Part shown: positions 9,540 through 16,355 of the stretch, one piece after another | How positions within the stretch are numbered: position 1 is the first letter of the stretch | Layout of the letters: each line of letters starts with the position of its first letter | Origin: Pseudomonadota bacterium | Lineage (GTDB): Bacteria; Myxococcota; JACRCW01; JAFGSX01 | Direction of reading: 5' to 3' | Length of the DNA: 36,880 nt | Assembly (NCBI GenBank): GCA_043821645.1 | Contig: JBDRCO010000013.1 | Coordinates: 1 to 36,880, forward strand | Program-made: the position numbers and the translations under genes | Notes under the pieces: model-generated | Told to the model about the DNA's origin: nothing | Seen by the model: only the letters and a program-made list of their open reading frames with translations | The model's database searches: none

Positions 9540-10190
9540 TCAACCCTTGTGACAGTCCTTGCACAGCGTGGGTCCACCCTTGGCCTTGTGACAGGGCTTG
9601 CAGGTCCCATGCAGCGCGTCCTTGGCGGTCGGCTTCTTGCCCTCGGCAGCAGCGCCATGACAGCCGCCACACGCCTTGCTTGACGGCTTGCCTTCCACGG
9701 CGTGGTGGCAGTCCTTGCACACAGCGCGCGTCTGATGGCCGTGATGGGCCAGGGTCACGGGTTTCTGCTTGGCGCTGCCCTTGTTGAGGATGAGGGTCGC
9801 TGGACCCTTGCCGGCGGGAGCGGCTGTCGTCGGTGCGACCGGTGCAGGAACTGCAGGAGCAACCGTGGCTGCAGTGGCGGGCGTCGCATCGGGGACTGGC
9901 GTCACAGCCGGGTCCATGGCCGGGGCAGGTGCCGGGGCCGGCGAGGGCGGCGTGGGGGAGGGCTCAGAGGGTGCCGAGGCCGGGCTGTCAGGCGGAGCCG
10001 GGGCGACCGGCTCGGCGACTCCAGCGGAGAGTCCCGCGGGCGGTGTTTCCGGTTCCGCCGTGCCCTGGGGAGCGGCCACAGCTTGTGGGCTGTGTTGCTC
10101 GGAGGACCCCGGAGGCGCGGTCTCCGCCGGGCTGGTCGAGGTCGAGCAGGCGAGGCCGCCGGCGGCGAGGATGAGCAGTGCATATCGCAT
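9540..10190 (-). CDS. Lipid-anchored tetraheme class III cytochrome c (cytochrome c3 family) with Pro/Ala-rich linker
   Basis: GGAGGG RBS. Lipobox GGLAC. Four CxxCH motifs (CKDCH, CGGCH, CKPCH, CKDCH) plus candidate distal His residues (HHGH, CHH, ALH) in the c3 arrangement. Confidence 0.85.
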   Translation of the reverse strand: MRYALLILAAGGLACSTSTSPAETAPPGSSEQHSPQAVAAPQGTAEPETPPAGLSAGVAEPVAPAPPDSPASAPSEPSPTPPSPAPAPAPAMDPAVTPVPDATPATAATVAPAVPAPVAPTTAAPAGKGPATLILNKGSAKQKPVTLAHHGHQTRAVCKDCHHAVEGKPSSKACGGCHGAAAEGKKPTAKDALHGTCKPCHKAKGGPTLCKDCHKG

Positions 10191-10230
10191 GGAACCCTCC
10201 CGGGGTGGTGCCTGCGAGGACACGCACCCG

Positions 10231-11751
10231 TCATGCATTCATGTCACTCCAGCGCTTGGCCAGCTGGCCAAAAATCGCCAGAGCCACGATGGCCAGGCAA
10301 CCGATGGCCGCGAAGGGAAGCCACACCGCGTACTGGGGCTGGTAGGTGTCCCACAGCAGCTGCGTGGCCCGCGTGGCGTCGAGACCTGTGACGTCCATCA
10401 AGCGGCCGAAGGCCTCGGTCCGGGTCACCCCCAGGCTTGCTTCCAGGGTGCCGACCGATCCATCCCAGTGCGAACGTTGCCCCAGTGGCGTGTGTGTGGC
10501 CAGGTACTTGAGCGCGAGCACGGCCTTCTCGCCGAAGTGACCGTACACATAGCCCGCGAGCTTGCTGCCTGCGAAGCCGCCTATGCCCACCGGGATGTTG
10601 ACGTAGCCCAGGTACAGGCCCTTCTTGCCAGGCGGCGCGATCAGACCCAGGTACTCGTTCTTCTTGGGGCCGGTGAGCATCTCGCCGAGCGAAAAGAAAA
10701 CGATGCCCAGCGCCAGGAACCAGCCGCTGGCGGTGAGTCCCGCGACCAGGGTACCTACCGTCGCCATGGTCATGCCGATGAGCATGGCGCTCAGGGTGCG
10801 CATGCGCCGGACCAGCCACGAGACCGGGATGATGAGCAGCACGATCATCAGCGGGTTGATGTTGAGGAGCAGCTCCTGCGGTACCTGTGGTCCCCGGGCG
10901 GTCTGGCTGGCCCAGAAGGTGGAGCTGGAAGAGCTGCTCAGGGTCGTGGCCATGCCCGAGCTGTCCACCCAGTCGGTGATGAAGTTGGGATGCAGATCCC
11001 ACACCTGGTACATCATGAGCCAGAAGCAGGACATGATGAGCAGCCAGGCGACCAGCCGCGGCTCGGCGATGTTGATCAGGGTGCGCTTGAACACCGCGAC
11101 GGGGCTCTCGGTCTTGCTGGCGCCCGACGGCACGTCCTTGAATGTCAGTAACAAGCCAAAGTTGACGAGGGTGAACGCGGCTGCGGTCAGGAACAGGGTG
11201 CGCCAGGCCTCGACGCTGTGCGCCTCGCCCAGGATGGCGCGCGCGGTCAAGGGCGCCAGGGCCGCGCCGATGTTGACCACCCAGTAGAAGATGCCCCAGC
11301 CCAGCGACGAGATGTCCTTGGTCAGGTTCTGCGCCAGGGAGCCTTGCAGCGATGGCTTGAAGAAGGCCGTGCCCGTGGCCAGGACCAGGATGCCGGCGAA
11401 GAAGGTGAAGTAGTCGCGGCCAAAGGCGATGATCACATAGCCCAGGGTGTTCAGGGCCACCGAGAAGGCCATCGTCTTCTTGTAGCCGTAGCGATCTGCA
11501 TAGCCGCCGGTGAACATCGGCAGCACGCTTTGAAAAACAAACCACCAGGCGTAGATGGTGCCCTTGTGGGCGGCAGTCAGGTGCAACCCACCCGGGTCGT
11601 CGGCCTGCATGATGTACAGGGGCACCACGGCGCGGATGGAGAAGTACGCCAGGCGCTCGAACATCTCGATGCTATTGAGCATCCAGTAGGTGCGGCCGAA
11701 GCGGCTCGCTCGCGGTGAGCTGGCCGGGGAGTCGCTGTTGTGCTCAGTCAT
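10231..11751 (-). CDS. MFS transporter, POT/PTR peptide transporter-like
   Basis: EMFERLAYF (ExxERxxYY-like), GGYADRYGYKK, GTAFFKPS and GWGIFYWVVNIGA motifs. About 12 hydrophobic segments. Confidence 0.88.
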   Translation of the reverse strand: MTEHNSDSPASSPRASRFGRTYWMLNSIEMFERLAYFSIRAVVPLYIMQADDPGGLHLTAAHKGTIYAWWFVFQSVLPMFTGGYADRYGYKKTMAFSVALNTLGYVIIAFGRDYFTFFAGILVLATGTAFFKPSLQGSLAQNLTKDISSLGWGIFYWVVNIGAALAPLTARAILGEAHSVEAWRTLFLTAAAFTLVNFGLLLTFKDVPSGASKTESPVAVFKRTLINIAEPRLVAWLLIMSCFWLMMYQVWDLHPNFITDWVDSSGMATTLSSSSSSTFWASQTARGPQVPQELLLNINPLMIVLLIIPVSWLVRRMRTLSAMLIGMTMATVGTLVAGLTASGWFLALGIVFFSLGEMLTGPKKNEYLGLIAPPGKKGLYLGYVNIPVGIGGFAGSKLAGYVYGHFGEKAVLALKYLATHTPLGQRSHWDGSVGTLEASLGVTRTEAFGRLMDVTGLDATRATQLLWDTYQPQYAVWLPFAAIGCLAIVALAIFGQLAKRWSDMNA

Positions 11752-11936
11752 GCGCGGTCCTCGGAGGGCTGCGTGAGTGGCTCGAGGCGCGAGGCGAGGT
11801 CAGGGAGCACAGGTCCACTCGCCTCTGAGTCAGTATTGAGAAAGCCCCGGAACAGAGGCCTGCGCCAGGGGCGCCATCGACGATTCATGGGGAGAAGCGA
11901 AGGAAGAAGGGCGGCCGTGCAAGATGGCGCTGCGGG

Positions 11937-12101
11937 TCAGATCTTGCTTTCCTTGAACCACACGTGCTTGCGCAGCTTGGGGTCATACTTCTTGATCCGC
12001 ATCTTGTCGCGCGCGGTCCGCTTGTTCTTGCTGGTGGTGTAGAAGTAGCCCGTCCCCTCCTCGGAGACCAGGCGGATCAGCTCTCTCACCTTGGATGCCA
12101 T
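11937..12101 (-). CDS. rpmG: 50S ribosomal protein L33 (no Zn-binding Cys motifs)
   Basis: [28 protein letters not shown]...[27 protein letters not shown]. Confidence 0.97.
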   Translation of the reverse strand: MASKVRELIRLVSEEGTGYFYTTSKNKRTARDKMRIKKYDPKLRKHVWFKESKI

Positions 12102-12165
12102 GATCGTTCTCCTCGACGCACGCCAGCGCTCCACCGAGGAGCCAGCAGGTCGTGCCGCGGCGCCC

Positions 12166-12183
12166 AGGGGCTCGCAAGCCCCT
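12166..12183. other. Short hairpin between rpmB and rpmG
   Basis: AGGGGCT-CGCA-AGCCCCT, a perfect 7-bp stem with no U-tract. Confidence 0.4.
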
Positions 12184-12190
12184 CAAAGGC

Positions 12191-12415
12191 TTACTTAATG
12201 AGCCCGTGTTTCCTGAGCGTCTCGCGAAGGTCCGCCTTGGTCAGGGTTCGGATCGCTCGCGTGCTCACCTTGAGCCGGATCCAGCGCCCCTCTTCGGGGA
12301 TGAAGAATCGCTTGCTCTGGATGTTGGGCCTGGTCACCCGCTTGGTTCGATTGTTCGCATGGGACACCTTGTTGCCCACCATGCGCTGCTTGCCGGTCAG
12401 ACTGCATTTTGCCAT
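12191..12415 (-). CDS. rpmB: 50S ribosomal protein L28
   Basis: CSLTGK...GNKVSHANNRTKR...PNIQSKRFF...LKVSTRAIRT. Adjacent to rpmG. Confidence 0.97.
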   Translation of the reverse strand: MAKCSLTGKQRMVGNKVSHANNRTKRVTRPNIQSKRFFIPEEGRWIRLKVSTRAIRTLTKADLRETLRKHGLIK

Positions 12416-12511
12416 GACGCCACCTAATCGCAGGCCAGCCCTCCGGGGCAGGCTCAGGAGGGCGGGTCATCCCATGCTGATGGTGGGCTGTCAACGAGAA
12501 ATCACGAATCA

Positions 12512-12730
12512 TCAGGCCAGGACCGCGGCCCCGGCATAGGTCTCCATCCACGGTACCTCGGCGTGCTGGACCAGGCGCAGCAGCGCGCGCAGGACAGCGG
12601 TCTGGATCTGGGGTGCATCGGGCGCCCCCAGGGGGTAGCCAAGGGCAAAGGGAACAGCCAGAGCACGCGGGGGGCCAACCTTGCGTGTGATCTCGGGCAG
12701 CATCGTGATGGATGCGGTGGTGATGCTCTG
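12512..12730 (-). pseudogene. C-terminal remnant of a glycine/betaine/D-proline reductase selenoprotein B-like (GrdB/PrdB-like) gene
   Basis: ITTASITMLPEITRKVGPPRALAVPFALGYPLGAPD resembles the conserved segment downstream of the Sec/Cys site in this family. No in-frame N-terminal part is present. Confidence 0.6.
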
Positions 12731-12882
12731 TCGAGAATCGCACGCGGCACCGGTGTCAGATCGCGCGGTCCGGGTTCGCGAGGCGGGTGGATCTGCCTCT
12801 TGTTTCCCGTTCCTGTAACTCCCTGACAGGCAGCGAAACCAAGCCCCGAACATCAACTGCGCTCGACGCGCCGGAGGCTGCG

Positions 12883-13230
12883 ATGAAGAAATCCACGACC
12901 CTGATCGCCCTGACCACCCTGTCCCTGCTACCCGTCGCCGCGATGGCCGCCCTGACCCTCGGTGAGAGCGCTGGATTCCTCAAGGGAGGAGGCACCACGC
13001 CGACGCATGATTTTCCGGTGCTGGCCCGGGCCTTCTCGAACGACATTTCGGCTCCGGAGGCAGCGGGGCTGCGCACGGTCAAGGTGTCCGTCCCCGTGGA
13101 GCAGATCAGCACGGACAACTACCTGCGCGATGTCCACATGCGCTCGGCCATCTTCGGCGCGGGGTTGGCCAGGGCGCGACCAAAGCCCGCGACCATCTGT
13201 CCCGAGGACACGGGCAGGCAGTGCAGGTAG
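12883..13230 (+). pseudogene. Truncated secreted YceI-like protein
   Basis: GGAGG RBS and signal peptide. VSVPVEQISTDNYLRDVHMRSAIF is a YceI-like T-x-N-x-x-RD-x-H motif. Resemblance ends near 13160, so the C-terminal half of the barrel is missing. Confidence 0.55.
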
Positions 13231-13285
13231 GGGCCGGGGAGATCGCCCAGCGCGAGCTGCTGCGCACAGGCCCCGAAGATCTCGA

Positions 13286-13664
13286 CGTGGCAGCGTGCAC
13301 CACGGCGATGGCGGCCATCGCGCCCAGGATGCCGCCCTGAACGTAGAAGCCCGTCTCGGTGAGGTACTTGACCGGGTGCCGCCAGAACGTGCCGCCCAGC
13401 GCCACGATGTGCATGGCCTTCGATCCCAGCCACACCACAAAGCCCATCAGGGGGATTGAGCAGGACGAAGTTGTCGACCAGAGGCGAACCCTTGAGGGTC
13501 ATGTACAGGGCGGTGTTCACGATGATGGAGATGGCTGCCAGCATGGCAAACACGCCGTAGCCCACGATCTGAAAGTTCTTGCCGCGATAGACAACGGGTC
13601 TGTCCTGCGAGGGACGGGCGACACGGACCACGCCACTGGCCAGGTGTTCGAGCAGGTGGGTCAT
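13286..13664 (-). pseudogene. Frameshifted, truncated Lgt-family-like (prolipoprotein diacylglyceryl transferase-like) membrane protein
   Basis: GGGAG RBS and ATG 13664. VGYGVFAMLA is in one frame, then a shift near the C5 run at 13450-13454 gives WLGSKAMHIV...HPVKYLTETGFYVQGGILGA. No downstream GRxGC/GN-type motif. Confidence 0.5.
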
Positions 13665-13767
13665 GAGCTGTGCTCCCGTGCGTGATAACGGCACGGTCTC
13701 GCCGACGCACGGGTCGTGACAGGGACAGCGATGAAAGAGAAGGCGGGGTCGGCGTGGGGGCCAGTGC

Positions 13768-14472
13768 TCAGATCTCGCTGCCCGGAGTCGGGCGCGAGGT
13801 CGTGTCATAGGCGGCGTGCAAACCGAAAGTGTGCTTGCCACCGGCGAAGGGAGGCAGGGGAGAGTAGGTGTCCTTCTTGGGACCCACGAAGCCCATCTCT
13901 CGCAGCACCGAGCCCACGGGCTTGCGCTGGTACTCCACGCCCTTGCCGGCCTTGAAGGGCACGTAGGGCTTCTTGGGGTCGGCCACGAAGCGGGCCACCA
14001 GGTTCTCGAGATACTGGCTGGTGGCCTCGAACTCAGGGGTGTGGGCGATGGCACCGGTGGGGCAGGGGTCGACACACAGCCCGCAGAACATGCACTTGCC
14101 AATATCGATGTCGAAGCGGGTCATGACACGCTTGCGCTCGTCGGCCACCTTCTCCACGGCCATGGAGATGACGTCGATGGGGCAGGCGCGTTCACAGGCC
14201 TGACAGGCCGTGCAGATGTCCATGTCGACTTCGAGGATGCCCCGGTAGCAGATGGGTAGCTTCTGGCCGATGTCGACGCGCTCGAGGTCCTTCATCAGCG
14301 AGTTCAGGCGCCCGTCGTATCGATCTGGATACTGGATGGTCCCGGGCTTGCGCAGCATCCACGACATGGTCACGGCCATGCCCTCGCCGACGGCCCTGAG
14401 CGCGGACCAGATCGAGGCCACATAGCGGGTCAGGGCGCCTCTGTCGTCGGCAACCTGAGTTGAACTGGTCAT
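13768..14472 (-). CDS. nuoI: NADH-quinone oxidoreductase subunit I
   Basis: TIQYPD, YRG and two 4Fe-4S motifs (CTACQACERACP, CMFCGLCVDPCP). Follows nuoH. GAGGAG RBS. Confidence 0.93.
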   Translation of the reverse strand: MTSSTQVADDRGALTRYVASIWSALRAVGEGMAVTMSWMLRKPGTIQYPDRYDGRLNSLMKDLERVDIGQKLPICYRGILEVDMDICTACQACERACPIDVISMAVEKVADERKRVMTRFDIDIGKCMFCGLCVDPCPTGAIAHTPEFEATSQYLENLVARFVADPKKPYVPFKAGKGVEYQRKPVGSVLREMGFVGPKKDTYSPLPPFAGGKHTFGLHAAYDTTSRPTPGSEI

Positions 14473-14500
14473 CGCGAAATCTCCTCGCGCGGGTCCGGGA

Positions 14501-15799
14501 CTACAGCGCGAACTTGATGAGCACCTTGTCGCGGGCGTTGGTGATGGCGAATGCGACGCGCCGGACGTACCAGACGAAGGCCCCCAGGCAGAAGGCGAAG
14601 GTGCCCAGCCTGAGCAGCATACCCACGACCTCGCCGACTCCGGCATGCTGGAACAGGGCCGCGGTGTCCGACATCGGCAGCCAGTGCATGAGAACCATGA
14701 TCGCCAGCATGGCGACGAAGGACAGGGGTACCAGCACCTTCCAGCACACCGACATCATCTGGTCGACGCGGATGCGCGGCAGGGTCCAGCGGAGCTGGCT
14801 GATCACGAACACCACGACCCAGGTCTTGACGAAGATGACGACGAAGGACATGGCGGTGAGCGTCCAGAAGGCCCAGGTGTCGAGGCCCAGCGTGCTCAGC
14901 ACGCCCGGCGTGGCCGTGGCGTACCAGGGCAACCCCTCGACCAGGCCAAAGGTGGGGATGTTGCCACCGCCCAGGAAGGCGACGACGGCGAGCACGGCCA
15001 TGATCCAGACGTTGGCCAGCTCGGCCAGGTAGAAGAGCAAGAAGCGCCAGCCCGAATACTCGGTGGTGTAGCCGGCCACCAGCTCGCTCTCGGCCTCGGG
15101 CAGGTCGAAGGGCACGCGCGAGCCTTCCGCCAGGGCTGCGATGAAGTAGATGACAAAGGCCATCAGGGCAAAGGGGCTGTGCGTCGCGAACCAGTCCCAG
15201 GGCAGCCAGCCCTGGGCCGTGGCCAGACCATTGATGCTCATGGTGCCGGCCAGCATGACGACGACGAGCAGGGCGGTGGCGTGGGGGATCTCGTAGCTCA
15301 CGATCTGGGCCGCCGAGCGCAGGCCGCCGAACAGCGACCACTTGGAATTGCTGGCCCAGCCCGACATCAGGACGCCGCAGACCACCAGCGAGGTCACGCT
15401 GAGCAGGAACAGCAACCCCACGTCGAGATCGGCGCCGATGAGCGTGCCACCGAAGGGCACCACCGCGATGCCGAGAACGATGCCCAGCACCGCAAGCAGG
15501 GGACCGATCTTGAACAGGGGGTGGTCCGCATCGGCGGGGATCAGGTCCTCCTTGAAGAGCACCTTGAGCGCGTCGGCGACCCACTGGATCAAGCCCTGGG
15601 GCCCGACCCGGTTGGGGCCAATGCGGCTCTGCATGCGGCCCGCGATGCGGCGCTCGAGAAAGATGAACACACCGGCAAACACCAGCACGTAGGCAAAGGG
15701 GATGAGGATGGCTGCCAGGGCACCGGCCGCGTACATCCACTGCGTCCAGGCCGGGCCCACGCCCCACTGCTGCATCAAGCTATCGACGACGGATTGCAT
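14501..15799 (-). CDS. nuoH: NADH-quinone oxidoreductase subunit H
   Basis: ERRIAGRMQSRIGPNRVGP, SNSKWSLFGGLRSAAQIVSYE, RVPFDLPEAESELVAGYTTEYSG, RWTLPRIRVDQ. Confidence 0.96.
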   Translation of the reverse strand: MQSVVDSLMQQWGVGPAWTQWMYAAGALAAILIPFAYVLVFAGVFIFLERRIAGRMQSRIGPNRVGPQGLIQWVADALKVLFKEDLIPADADHPLFKIGPLLAVLGIVLGIAVVPFGGTLIGADLDVGLLFLLSVTSLVVCGVLMSGWASNSKWSLFGGLRSAAQIVSYEIPHATALLVVVMLAGTMSINGLATAQGWLPWDWFATHSPFALMAFVIYFIAALAEGSRVPFDLPEAESELVAGYTTEYSGWRFLLFYLAELANVWIMAVLAVVAFLGGGNIPTFGLVEGLPWYATATPGVLSTLGLDTWAFWTLTAMSFVVIFVKTWVVVFVISQLRWTLPRIRVDQMMSVCWKVLVPLSFVAMLAIMVLMHWLPMSDTAALFQHAGVGEVVGMLLRLGTFAFCLGAFVWYVRRVAFAITNARDKVLIKFAL

Positions 15800-15839
15800 C
15801 GCGAGACCCTCGTCCTGTGACCCCACCCGAGACTGCGCC

Positions 15840-15868
15840 GGTATAACCGGTCTCGACGACGCGGGCAA
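15840..15868 (-). promoter_or_regulatory. Putative promoter of nuoH-nuoI
   Basis: Minus strand TTGCCC-N17-TATACC, ending 40 nt before ATG 15799. Confidence 0.45.
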
Positions 15869-16030
15869 CGCGAAAACCGTCGTGGCTGTGCGGCCGTAGC
15901 CGCTCTGGCGCGACCTGCTCCCGGCCCTGCAGTGCCGAGGATATTTGCGGCCGCGCGGGCCTTCACTTCCGCGACAAAATCTATTTATATACTAGGAAAT
16001 AACTCAAGGGGGGTGCGAAGAGGTCTCCGG

Positions 16031-16348
16031 ATGGTCGACGTCCCCCGCCAGAATTGCTGGGAGTACAAGCGCTGCGGTCGCCAGCCTGGTGGTCCTCACG
16101 TCCAGGACCTTGGTGAATGCCCCGCGGCAACCAAGCGCGGTCTCGACGGAGCGCACGGCGGGCGGTGCGCAGGTCGCGCCTGCTGGGTGGTCGTGGGTAC
16201 CCTGTGCGACGGCAAGGTTCAGGGTACCTTCGCGGCCAAGATCGCAAGCTGCGAGAAGTGTGACTTTTACCTGAAGGTACGCCGGGACGAGGGAGTCGGC
16301 TTCCAGTTCTCAGCGATGCTCCTCAAGCAGCTCCGCGAGGCTGGCTGA
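16031..16348 (+). CDS. Small Cys-rich 'two-CW'-type domain protein
   Basis: NCWEYKRCGR...ECPAA...GRACWVVVGTLCDG...SCEKCDFY. Preceded by an AT-rich stretch at 15976-16007. Confidence 0.75.
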   Translation: MVDVPRQNCWEYKRCGRQPGGPHVQDLGECPAATKRGLDGAHGGRCAGRACWVVVGTLCDGKVQGTFAAKIASCEKCDFYLKVRRDEGVGFQFSAMLLKQLREAG

Positions 16349-16355
16349 CCGCACC

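Noticed and set aside
12700-12860. Intact selenoprotein by UGA readthrough at 12756-12758
   Set aside because: The TGA is out of frame with the PrdB-like segment, and the upstream sequence does not resemble the family's N-terminal half.
12780-12880. Possible riboswitch or ECF promoter before the YceI-like fragment
   Set aside because: Only a 5-bp stem (CCTGT...ACAGG) and a TGTAAC are present. No recognisable aptamer or correctly spaced -10.
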